From the NCBI GenBank assembly GCA_032718475.1, contig JAUCBJ010006404.1:5558-69557 (forward strand): DNA of 64,000 nt, given 5' to 3'. The position numbers were made by a program, and so were the translations under genes. Numbering within the stretch: the first letter of the stretch is position 1; each line of letters begins with the position of its first letter. Of the stretch, positions 28,461-40,702 are shown in pieces. Source of the stretch: Nemertoderma westbladi. Taxonomy: Eukaryota > Animalia > Xenacoelomorpha. The notes under the pieces were generated by a model. The model was not told the DNA's origin, did not search any database, and saw only the letters and a program-made list of their open reading frames with translations.

Positions 28461-29294
28461 CAATTGATGGAAAGGAGCAGGTTAAGGCCGAGTTTTCTAA
28501 CCAAAACAATAAACAGTCACTTTAACAAATCAGGGAAAAGAGCAGGTTACAGAGACGGGATTTTCTAACCAAAACAATAAACGATCACTTAACTAATTGA
28601 GGGAAAGGAGCAGGTTACAGAGGCGGGATTTTCTAACCAAAACAATAAACGATCATTTAACTAATTGAGGGAAAGGGACAGGTTACAGAGGCGGAATTTT
28701 CTAACCAAAACAATAAACGATCACTTAACTAATTGAGGGAAAGGAGCAGGTTACAGAGGCGGGATTTTCTAACCAAAACAATAAACGATCATTTAACTAA
28801 TTGAGGGAAAGGGGCAGGTTACAGAGGCGGGCCTTTCTAACCAAAACAATAAACGGTCACTTTACCAATTCAGGGAAAGGAGCAGGTTACAGAGGCGGGA
28901 TTTTCTAACCAAAACAATAAACGATCATTTAACTAATTGAGGGAAAGGGGCAGGTTACAGAGGCGGGATTTTCTAACCAAAACAATAAACGATCATTTAA
29001 CTAATTGAGGGAAAGGAGCAGGTTACAGAGACGGGATTTTCTAACCAAGACAATAAACGATAACATTACCAATTGAGAGAAAGGAGCAGGTTACAGAGGC
29101 GGGATTTTCTAACCAAAACAATAAACGATAACATTACCAATTGAGGGAAAGGAGCAGGTTACAGAGGCGGGAATTTCTAACCAAAACAATAAACGATCAC
29201 TTAACTAATTGAGGGAAAGGAGCAGGTTAAGGCCGGATTTTCTAACCAAAACAATAAACAGTCACTTTACCAAATCAGGGAAAGGAGCAGGTTA
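28461..29294. repeat. 68-bp tandem repeat, ~12 copies
   Basis: GGTTACAGAG at 28545, 28613, 28681 and onward. Confidence 0.95.
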
Positions 29295-29814
29295 TCCGTA
29301 ACACTACTCAGACAGTAGTCATGATCCATTATTGATTATAAAACTAATACAGTAATAGGCCTAAATTATGTGAAAGGTATATCCACATTTTCCACAATCC
29401 TGCAATCCAGTTTGGCCTATCAATTATTTAAAATTTATTAGCACAACCGATAGGCCTACCATTACCGTATTTAAATGGTAGGCTACACAGTAGGCCTATA
29501 GCAGTACCGGTGCCGGTACCGGTAATAAAATACAGAAATACCTGCTTTATACCTACATCTGTACATACAATACAGCAAAATAGTGCTATATATACTAATA
29601 CCGGTACTGATAGCCTGGGAGAACAGCAGTAGAGAAACCGGTAGCATGGAACCTAACATTAGACTTTTGGAGGACATAAAAAATAAAAAAAAGGGCAAAA
29701 AAAGGAATTAAACGGACAATAAAAATTATTGCGCAATTTTAATATCCCTCCAATTTAGTTATCCTATGTTACAACCAATCAAACAATTTCAAATTTGTAT
29801 TATTAACGTAAAGG

Positions 29815-30863
29815 TCGTGTTAGAGCTATCACAAGGGCTCGTGTTAGCTATCATGAGGGCTCGTGTTAGCTATCATGAGGGCTCGTGTTAGCTATTATGA
29901 GAGCTCGTGATAGTAACACGAGGGATCATGTTAGTAACACGAGAGCTCGCGTTAGTAACATGAGGGCTCGTGTTAGCTATCATGAAGGCTCGTGTTAGCT
30001 ATCATGAGGGCTCGTGTTAGTAACATGAGGGCTCGTGCTAGTAACACCGGGGCTCGTGTTAGTAACATGAGGGCTCGTGTTAGCTATCATGAAGGCTCGT
30101 GTTAGCTATCATGAGGGCTCGTGTTAGTAACACGAGGGCTCGTGCTAGTAACACGAGGGCTCATGTTAGTAACATGAGGGCTCGTGTTAGTAACATGAGG
30201 GCTCGTGTTAGCTATCATGACTGCTCGTGTTAGCTATTATGAGGGCTCGTGTTAGCTATCATGAAGGCTCGTGTTAGCTATCATGATGGCTCGTGTTAGC
30301 TATTATGAGAGCTCGTGATAGTAACACGAGGGCTCGTGTTAGCTATCATGAGGGCTCGTGTTAGCTATTATGAGAGCTCGTGATAGTAACACGAGGGCTC
30401 GTGTTAGCTATCATGAGGGCTCGTGTTAGCTATCATGAGGGATCGTGTTAGCTATTATGAGAGCTCGTGATAGTAACACGAGGGCTCGTGTTAGCTATCA
30501 TGAGGGCTCGTGTTAGCTATCATGAAGGCTCGTGTTAGCTATCATGAGGGCTCGTGTTAGCTATTATGAGAGCTCGTGATAGTAACACGAGGGCTCGTGT
30601 TAGCTATCATGAGGGCTCGTGTTAGCTATCATGAAGGCTCGTGTTAGCTATTATGAGAGCTCGTGATAGTAACACGAGGGCTCGTGTTAGCTATCATGAG
30701 GGCTCGTGTTAGCTATCATGAAGGCTCGTGTTAGCTATCATGAGGGCTCGTGTTAGTAACATGAGGGCTCGTGCTAGTAACACGAGGGCTCGTGTTAGTA
30801 ACATGAGGGCTCGTGTTAGCTATCATGAAGGCTCGTGTTAGCTATTATGAGTGCTTGTGATAG
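29815..30863. repeat. 20/22-bp tandem repeat (GAGGGCTCGTGTTAGCTATCAT / GAGGGCTCGTGTTAGTAACAC); a short related block lies at 27781-27850
   Basis: Direct periodicity with partly palindromic units; resembles expanded subterminal repeats. Confidence 0.9.
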
Positions 30864-31149
30864 TTCTAACACAGCAACATCATGTTGCTCGCCTTTGCCA
30901 TATACAATAATATTATCTTCGATATTCACAGCATTGGTACAATATTTATTTGCTTCCCAAATAAGTTTTGAATCTCACTACTAAGTGGACTAGTTCCAAT
31001 AACCATCTTTTGTGGCAAAATATTCCCCAAGGGGACCAGAAAGGGACAATCTCAAATTGATGATAACAATTAGTTATATTAAAAGTGCTGAAACAGTTAC
31101 AGCCACGAAATGTATTATAACTTTTGTTGGGCACAGCAGAGTCGGTAAT

Positions 31150-31230
31150 GACGTTAGGTGGGATCGAACTGGTTACCTCCGGGTTGGAAGTACACCAGCT
31201 AATCAAGCTAATCATTTACCTAGATGCTCA
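31150..31230 (-). mobile_element. Degenerate tRNA-SINE head
   Basis: On the - strand, TAGCTTGATTAG (A-box-like) then AGTTCGATCCC (B-box). Confidence 0.45.
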
Positions 31231-32103
31231 GGTAAAAGATAGACCTGGAAATACTACCTGATACCTTGTATGTCCTTTCTTTACTTCCTCAAGGCCTCCC
31301 ATCTGTCAATACCATAATCTGCTGCCACTGTCCATTATCCGCTGATACTACAATTTCATTGTAGCGAGTGGTTAAAGACAGCTAAGTACAGTAGGATATA
31401 TTGTATCGTTCCACACCGACACCACATTCGACTACTTAACTACTTTTTAACCGAAAACTTAAAACCAAACAGCCCAGTTTTGCTCCACTCTCTGAGTCTG
31501 CTGATTTCAAAGAGATGCATACTGCACATGATGCTAAGAAGTTCCAGCAAAAGCTTCAGTTCGACGAGCACCACAGGAGAGTAACACACATAAGGTCAAG
31601 GGGAGTCTACTACTACTACTAGGTCGAGCGAACAACTCGGACAGTGGAAATGAGATCCTTCCAGACTTCCCGATTTTCCATAGTTGTCGCAATTTCGTTT
31701 CTATGAAGTTCAGTGTCCCTTTCAAGTTGGTCTATAGAAAGTATTCTAAAACGCAGTAAAAACCACATCAAAGTTGTCCAGAACATCTAGAACCACCCTG
31801 GACCAATGATAACCCAATTGAACAATGGGATTATAATAACAACGATATTGAGTGTTCTACAACCAATATGTGAGTCTCTCCCACCGACCCTAATAATTCC
31901 ATTAAACATCCTCCTCTATCACTGTCTCAGATGCACTCGGTGTGGCGACGCGAGTTCATCTAAGGTATCCCTTGAGTAGCCACGGTGCCCTACTGAGATG
32001 GAACCCGGAACTTAACTCTAGTTCACCCGACATTACCGAGTAAAATATATATCTAGAACTATTGTATGAACTGATAATGAAGTAAAAAGAAAACTATAGA
32101 GGG

Positions 32104-32208
32104 AAAACTATTTTACATAGAAAACTATTTTACATAGAAAACTATTTTACATAGAAAACTATTTTACATAGAAAACTATTTTACATAAAAACTATTTTAC
32201 ATAGAAAA
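32104..32208. repeat. 17-bp tandem repeat (AAAACTATTTTACATAG) x6
   Basis: Direct periodicity. Confidence 0.9.
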
Positions 32209-33392
32209 ATAGTTTTCAGCACCACACCACTTAATCAGATATAATTGGATTATTAAATTTCTTTAAGTATTTAAAAACCTGACGGTACGGCGTCCTATCT
32301 GAAAGATAAACTTTCAGTTTGAAACTGTCAACGAAGTGCCGTATGTACGAGACGGACTAGACTTCCGGTATGGGTGTACTGAGATAGGGCTGTATAACGA
32401 TACTGCTACACTTGTGTATTACTGTACACTATGTAGGCCTACATAACCTCCGGCTGTATTATGCACATATATCTAACTTGTGATTATAAAATTAATAACT
32501 CATTTAATTTTCTATATAGGTTGCTGTTTGGTTTGAATTTGTCAGGGTGGTTAATTTCTATTCAGGCTAGACTAATTTATTTCATAAACAAGCACAGATT
32601 TAAACGCAAGTCTTTGAGTATAGGCAGACATTTTTATTATTTATGGCCCTTTTTAGATCATTTGATCATTTTTTTACTATTTTTTATTAATTTTTCCGAA
32701 AATGGTACTACAAGCGATCTCTTTTCCTTTTCGAGATATAGCTGTCTGTCCTAACGACTGTGTCTGTCCGTCGGTATGTCTGTCAAAACATCCCAAAACT
32801 CACTATCGGGCTACAAATCGTGGTCGGTGCCTTCATTTTAGATGTCAGTTTTCAAATTTGCCGGATTCGTGTCTGTCTGTATACGGACAGAAATAAAACC
32901 TTCAAAAACATAACCGACAGCCAGTCAGGCAAAAGATTTTTGAAATTATCAAATATGAAAACCGACATCGGAAATGAATTCAGCAAACAGGATAACCCCA
33001 AAGCAAACTTTTGGCTATAGCTTTAGTGTTATTTGACAGACACTGTCGGACAGATACAGATAGCCGACATACAAAATTAGCAAAAAAGAGAGAGAACATA
33101 AAAAATATTTTCATATTAAATTTTATTTATTATTTATTATTTTATTATTTTGTTGTTACCGACAGACCGACGGTACTACTGTAAGGGTAGGCCTACGTTA
33201 ACGTTAATCACAGCTTCCTCATTCTACCCATTTTCCCATACTTGCCGAATAGTGGAATGTATACTTCGCCACTACTTATCATTCAGCTATACCGGTACTA
33301 TTTTAACCGTATGTCTTCTGTTGGTCGGTCTACTACTTGAGATTCATATTTATTTACATATGACTACGGAATCCTAGAAACGCCTCACCTAC

Positions 33393-33761
33393 GCGGCCGT
33401 CCAAGTATGACGTCTGCACTTTTCCCCAAAATGTCTACCACCCGCCTCCCTTAAATCAGATGTCATCAGATAGGCGTCTACCACCTCCCTCCCCTAAATC
33501 AGATTTAAAAAAAAATTTGTAATAAACTATTATATTATTTGACTATGTATATTATGTATATTATATATATTATATGGCTTCGAACAATTAAAATAGGCAA
33601 GCTATTTACTCTTCTGCTATATCTCTTCTAGCACATATAAATGAACATGCTGACGTCAGACTTTGGCTGACCCCCTCCCCTCCCTTCATCAGCACGTCAT
33701 CAGATTTTCCCACCCCCCCCCCCCCCCCCCTAAAGTGCTGACGTCATACTTGGACGGCCCC
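33393..33761. mobile_element. PIF/Harbinger-type MITE
   Basis: TAC|GCGGCCGTCCAAGTATGACGTC ... GACGTCATACTTGGACGGCCCC|TAC; 3-bp TSD and G-rich TIR end. Confidence 0.75.
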
Positions 33762-33957
33762 TACCATTGGTACCAACAAGTACCATAATGAAAGTTACCC
33801 ACAAATAGCTATGAGTGATAATATTAAACCAATATACGATGATATTAGGTGAGAAATAAACTTGTATATAATATTGTCTATGGAGAGAGAGAGTGATTGG
33901 TATGATGTATGATGAGTGCGGACTGCAGAAGGATGTGTCCATTTTGGATACATTATT

Positions 33958-36900
33958 TGTAGAAACTGAACAAACAAAACAAACTGAACAAACAATATAG
34001 TGTGTTGAACCTGACTAAATGCTGCGTATAAATATTAGCTAAAGGAAAGGCCCATTAAGGTGCAATGATAACAAGTGGAGGTTATATTAGTAGAGTGAGG
34101 GGACAATAAACTCTGAAAGGGGCGGGCCCTTTGCAGCTCGTGGTTTGACAGACTATAATAATTAATAACTATAGATTTGTCACATATTGAATGTAGTTTC
34201 ATTCTGTGTGTACGCAGATTCTACCTCAAATATCACCAAACCCCTTTTGTTGTATTTGACTTATTGGTATTATTGGTGAAGTACATTGTTCTCAATGTAG
34301 TTGAGATAACTTTATTGCTATTGAGATGAGAACTAATATACAACTCAACCACAAAACTATTATTTTCATTATCGACACACCTCTGGGATCCAAACCAAAC
34401 CCTTGACTGGTTTACCGACTGCAGGACCCCTGGTCGAACCCGGAGAGATGGTGGCAGAAGGGGAGTTAGATATTCAACTAGAAGATACACACATGAATCG
34501 TGGTATAATTTCGAACTATCTGGACCGAACAAAATCTACTCCCAGTGATATTTGATGTTAGAAGATCAGCAACTACAATCTGTTAAATCTGCTTGGAATG
34601 TTAAAATCTCCCAGGCGACGCGACGTTGTTGATGTTCTTCGAACACGAAAATCGACAACAAAAAGAAAGATCCCTTTTGAAGTTGCAGACACTGCTACCC
34701 AGTGAGACCCAACGATGGAGTTCAACGAACCCAAGAAAATTTCAAGATGGTACAACACTGATTGGACGTGAACGGTCATAACGAATCGAATCAATAACGA
34801 TGAGTTGCAGTACGGCGTCCTACAAATGATTGATGTTACCAGAATGTGCATAGTAAGAACGAGATTTAATTCAAACGAACTATGGCGGTCTTAGAACAAT
34901 AACATGTTGGTGCCTGGGGATCAGCTGAGCGACCTTGTCCCACAGGGGGTAGGCAAACTCTGTTCTCAGGTACCTCCAGGGGTCCCTTATAGTGGGCGTA
35001 GGCGACTGGGAGGGGGGGGGGGGGGGGGGGTAATGCTTAGGCCTCTGCTCTCCAGAGGTTTTGATTCCATCGGCAGAACAAGCCTACCCCTCTCTTTATG
35101 TGGAGGATGGCCACAAAAAGAGGATGAAGATCAGAATGGAAGATGGGACAGTAGGTTGAAGAGATATTTGATAGCTCTACAACTCTGGCACCAGGACAGC
35201 TAAGTAGACTTCGCAGTAGAATAAACTATCATCTGTACAAATTAACTCATATAAGTGAAGGGGAGAAAATCCAAGCTGTAAAGGATTATAATTTGGGAAA
35301 AATTCGAGGGATGGACTTGACTTAAAGTTTAGTATAGGGTGCTTATTAATATGCAGTCCCACAAAAGTGGAATCCGAGGGATTGAATCTTGAGGATTCCA
35401 TTAGCAATGTGAGTTGCGAGACTGAAGCGAGTTTAAAGTCTGTAGCATCCTCGGTTATCCTCGAGGGTAAAGAATTAGAGAAAGAGGAGATTTTGAGACA
35501 GGAGAAAATGAGACAAAGTGAATGGGAAAATCTTTAAGGCTCATTAAGCCAAGGGATGCCTGTTCATCACCATGGGTGATCTTCCACAGTAAACCCTTCC
35601 ACTAGTGATTCTCTCTGCTCTTTCGATATTGTAAACACAAAATGAGACAAGAGTGGGAATTAGCTGCATCGGAGCAACAGGAGAGAGATAAAGATTGAGT
35701 ACAAAAGAAGCAGAGAGAGGAGCGTTTCAGGAGAAGAGAGGGAGGAGCTGGAACGATACGAGAAGTTTCAGTGCAAACAGAGTTCGCACGCATCATGACA
35801 GTGAGCATGAGCAGCATGAGCATGAAGAACGTGAGCACAAGGAGAAGTGCAGCGTGAGCAGTGTGAGTATGAGTGGGAACATGAACAGCTTGAGTATGAC
35901 GAACAGTAGGAACAAGAGAGAATAAACAGGGAGCATGAGAGAGAGGAGAGAGAAGCTAGAGTGAAAGTGGAAGTGGAATTAAGAAGGGAAGAGGCGAGAG
36001 AACTCGAAATAATGCTAGACAAAAAGAGTAAAGCGGCAGAGAAGTAGTTTGCAATACAGGATGAGATATCGAGAGAGCAGAGAGAATCGTACGTATACCC
36101 AGTAAGGCGCCAAAAGTATTAACCAAGCATGGTATTAATAGTCCCATAGAATGACCATTAGTAGTGAGACCTAAAGAAAGAGACCAACAAAGGAATAAGG
36201 ATGAGTTAATACATAGGGATAATTACCTAACAGGTGGAGACATATTTACTGGACAAATAAATAATAAACCAGTTGGAACTCAAGCTGATAATGATGGTAA
36301 GGCAACGTATATTAATGACCGCATTATACCAGACCAAAATAATTTTAATAACCCTAATTATATAACCGAGTAGGAACAATCAAATAAATAAAGATACAGT
36401 ACATGTAGTACCGGTAGCATAGTTCTCACCAGTACAGTAGCAGGGATATATGCCAACCTTAGCGCAGCCCCTCTAACGGTACGTGCAGTAAGTTATCCTA
36501 TAACTGCTGTAGTATGGTGAAAGCTGCGGCAAAAAGTGGTAGATGTATTACAAACAGGTACGCGTCCAGATTTTCGAAGCGGCTAAATATGGGAAGGCAA
36601 TATTCGGCCGAAATTCGCATGGTCTGTCAGAGTGGGGCGAGTGGGCATCAGATTCCCTGGCATTTGGCATTCTGTGGAAAGTCAATGGGAGCACCACCCA
36701 AGATAGAGTATAATTGGGTCATACATGCAGGAGTCACCGCACAACACGGGCAAACAGTGCTAACCCATATGCATAGTCCTATCCCAGAACTGTAGGTAAA
36801 GCAGATCTACCCGAGCAACCTATATATCTGCATAGAGGGAGTAGAGCACCCCAATTTAACGCAGCATGGCACGATATGACACAAGATTTAACCAAACGGA
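33958..36900 (+). mobile_element. Degenerate Ty3/gypsy-like LTR element remnant (putative LTR 33958-34904, gag-like coiled coil, protease-like patch)
   Basis: TGT...ACA segment followed by a PBS-like TGGTGCC at 34908. E/R-rich broken frames at 35640-36060. IFTGQINNKPVGTQADNDGKATYI resembles the G-x-I-N-G-x-x-V...D-T-G-A aspartic protease start. No RT or second LTR seen. Confidence 0.4.
35518..35603 (-). mobile_element. 3' fragment of the SINE found at 38164-38434
   Basis: Reverse-complement match to ~38351-38436. Confidence 0.85.
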
Positions 36901-38163
36901 CATCAGTCCCGGGTCCCGGTCCCGTTCGGACCTTCATCCAATTCGGACCTTTTTCTCTTTCAGACTTTCGTCCTATTCGGACCTTTTTCTCTTTCAGACC
37001 TTTGTCCTATTCGGACCTTTGTCAGACTTTCATACTAGTCGGACTTTTGTATTCGGACCTTCATCCTTGGATCTCCCTGTTGGGTATTTGCTTTACGGTC
37101 ACCACTTTAAGGTACTGTACATACACCGGGGTGCTGCACATAATATGTCATAAAATACAATGCTAAATGCTTTTTTTAACTTCAATATTACAAATTGAAA
37201 CAATTAGAAATCAACCTAAATGAGGATAATAGCGGTTAGAGTAATACTACTGCATTGCAAATAATTGTAACACATTTTGTTTCTTATTAGTTTTTGTATT
37301 TGTTATGGTACGCGGTTGTTACAGTACAAATCCAATTTAATGTTTACTCTGTTCACAAAATAGTACAGAAGGTATCTCTCTCCAGCAATGTCTTCTTTAT
37401 GGGTCTACTTGCAATCCGTTCTGGAAGACTGGTAAGGTCTGGTCTGGAGGCCACCATGAGACCCGGTCTGCGAGAGTCATCCAACTTGTCACGAAATATT
37501 TCCTGTAACATTTAATGTTTATTTGAAATTGAAGTTTTAGTAGGCTGTTAGTAATTATCTGTTATAGAACATACAAACTTTATTAAATTATTGCCTTTAC
37601 TTTTTTACCTTACCTTAATCTGTTACCTTAAACCTTGGGCTTGGCTGCTACTAAGTTACCATTTTAGGATTTGCATAAGTAACATTCCGTCACCTTCAAG
37701 GCAGAACCCCCTAAGCCTATTTTTTTAGTTCGAGATAATCGATAAAAACTGTTTATTTTTTAAAGAGATGCCTCAATTTACTTATTATTGTAATTGTGTT
37801 TTAACAACTAAATATACAGTATTTAGAATTCATAATAACTAAACTTTCAATTTGATTTAGAATGGCCATTGATATATTTTGCGGTTTTATTGTAAAAATT
37901 CTGACTTATTTTGTTTTACCAAAATATGGAGGAACAACGTTTTCTGCCATTATCCCGTAACTATACGATAGTTTCGGGGTAATGCCTAGAAAACATGGTA
38001 TCCTCAATTTGGCAAAACACCATAAATCAGAATTTTTACAAAAAACCAACAAAATATATAAAATACAGTAATAGCCAAGGCGTATCGTGCATCCTTGCTT
38101 ATTTAGTGCGTAGTGCGCACGTAATACTAACATGTTTTGATGGGGTATTAATTGCTTCTAAAT

Positions 38164-38434
38164 AGCAAAACCAAGCAGCAGCTTGGTCTAGTGGTGACAT
38201 TACTGTGCTTCCGATTAGGGAGCCTGGGTTCGATCCCTAGATGGGGCAGCACTGTTTGGGCACAGTGCTTTAAATGCTGCAGCCTAGCCCAACCCCGGCG
38301 TTCATCCTTCAGTGGAAGATAAATGGGAACCAAGGCAACTTGGGAAACAGAGTGGAAGGGTTTACTGTGGAAGATCACCCATGGTGGTGAACAGGCATTC
38401 CTTGGCTTAACGAGCCTAAAAGATTCTCCCATTC
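38164..38434 (+). mobile_element. Full-length tRNA-derived SINE with 13-bp TSD
   Basis: A-box TGGTCTAGTGG, B-box GGTTCGATCCC; ATTGCTTCTAAAT at 38151-38163 and 38435-38447. Confidence 0.9.
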
Positions 38435-40702
38435 ATTGCTTCTAAATGAATTGGAGTTGAGCCAAGGCAATACCTAATACAGGCCATGACATGGGAGGCC
38501 TATGCAAAATTAGTGGAGACCGACCTACTTACTGTCAGACTCTAGTACGGTACTGTAGAACGGAACTAACAATACTACATACAGTAAACCAATAAACAAG
38601 TATCTGACTTCAGGCCACAGGCGCAGTAGTACCAGTCTCTGCCAGAGTGCCGGGCTGCCGGTAGGTCTACATCGTCTAAAGCTGTAACGCTAGGGCCTAC
38701 CACTTACTGCACGTACACTATTGTCAGATTCTTCATTGTTATAGTAATATTGTATTACAGTATTAAAGGCGGACTTCTGTATACATACAGTTAAGGCAGC
38801 AAGGCCATAACATGGGGTCAATCTCAATTCTCAATAGGGGGCAGTGCAACAGTGTCTGGGGGAATGTTATCTAGGGTTTTTTTTTAATGGTTCCATTATT
38901 TTTTCAGACCGCGCCGAATTTTAAGTACCTGTAGACTCCTATAGTGCAGCAGTGCTATTATATTATTTAGATAGGCTGATAGGTTTGGCCTAATCATAAC
39001 GAGTAGTGGAATAGGCCTACTGGAATAGGCCTAGAGACAATCAGTTAATAACAAATAATGGTTAGAAAGTGCTCAGTTGGAGGATGTAAGTCTGGGTATG
39101 TGTATAGGTCGGATTGCGAAATTCCAAAATCAATTCCTATTTATCGCTTTCCATCTGATGATCTTTCGATCCTGCAGGCAATGGCTCGCGGTTTTGCCAA
39201 ATATTATAAACTTATTATCAAGATGTTACAACAAATTATGGAATTTGCCGTCTTCATTGGCCAGAGAACGACTCGCTTACACAATGGAAGAAAGTGCGTG
39301 GAGGTTTGCTTGTACCTAATGAACCACCGAGTGTATTCACAAACGTTCCTGCCTTCTTTATTCCCACACCTACATCTGCTCGTTCTACTGTCAGAATGCA
39401 TTTAGAAGTTCGCTTTCCCCCATTGGACGAATTGGAAGAATTTGAGAAGAAACATGTTGATTTGGATGATCGTTTTCTGAAAGAAGTTTCTGATCGGTTT
39501 GATGGGGTTACAACCTTAGGTTTAGGGGAAAGTGGGTATGGGATTGCTTCGAGACATAGAACTGGTTGTGTGTTTGACTGGAGCATTTTTATAAATCCAA
39601 CGGGTCATTTTGAAATATACTCTCAATTGGAGCTGATAAAATCTTCTATTTCCTTAAATCAAATTAAGCGTTGGAGTGAATTAGAGGCAATTGTACATGC
39701 AGTTAAGCTCGCAGACAGAAGTAAATCCGACGACGTAACCACGATATCCGATTCCAAAGATATTGCTTCTCTCTACCCCGGTCGCTTTGGATTTGTTAAC
39801 CGGCAGATTCAATTGTTAAATAGTTCAAAAGCTGATAGGATAAAGAAGGAGCATCTGTACTCTACAACTGATATGCTCACATCATTCTTGTTCTACAGTT
39901 TGTCAAGAGCCTCATACTCGAAACTCCTTTCCGTGATTTGCTGGCCTTCTGTTAGAACTTTACAACATATAACATCTATGAACACCAAGGTTACAGATGA
40001 TGAATTTTTAAGAAACTCTAATGATAAGTCAGTCAGCATTTTGATTTCTGATGAAATATATGTTAAGCCATCCATTTTATACCATGGTGGAAGCTACCAT
40101 GGGATTTCTGCTGATGATGATTCCAAGCTGGCCCGGACTGTTTTGGCCATCTATTTTCAATCTCTATTAGGAGGTCCACGATGTATAGTTAAACTTATAC
40201 CGCTATTTGCTCTTGAGGCAAAGCCATTTTTAGTTGAAGATCAATGAATTTCCTATGTAATTGACTCAATTGGTGGATATTGTTTGGGGATGATGCTAGA
40301 CAACAACCGAGTTAATCAAGCCGTGGCTAAAGAATTATGTGAAGACAAAGCTAAACCGGGGTTATCACATACTCAATACAATCAGGAACGCCTTTTTTTC
40401 ATTCTTCCAGACCCTATTCACTTGTTAAAGTGCCTTAGAAATAACTTTTAAACAGAAAAGACCAGACAACTCCAGTTTTAGTGGCCAGGTGATCCTCGTA
40501 TGATTAGAGCAGCTAAATGGAGTGACCTTGAAGCACTGTTTAAATCTGAGAAAGGTAGTCTCTTGAGAATGTCTCATCAAACCCAAAAGTCGATTGCTCC
40601 CAGTAAGATACAATGACAGCAAGTATCACATACTCTTTAGGTCTTTTGTATTGAAACGGAATCTGGATTATGGTATATGAAGAGGTCTAATTACTAATTC
40701 AT

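Larger units (their letters stand above)
27580..31750. mobile_element. Inverted-repeat-bounded ~4.2-kb block (old TIR element or two inverted copies of one repeat)
   Basis: ~27632-27750 is the reverse complement of ~31451-31568 (TCAGCAGACTCAGAGAGTGGAG / CTCCACTCTCTGAGTCTGCTGA). Confidence 0.5.

Noticed and set aside
32290-32392. CTGAAAGA...GAAAC hammerhead-like string
   Set aside because: The core has an insertion and lacks the required U at the cleavage triplet.
38175-38250. Possible tRNA gene
   Set aside because: A and B boxes are present but there is no clean cloverleaf; it is followed by a SINE body and flanked by a TSD.
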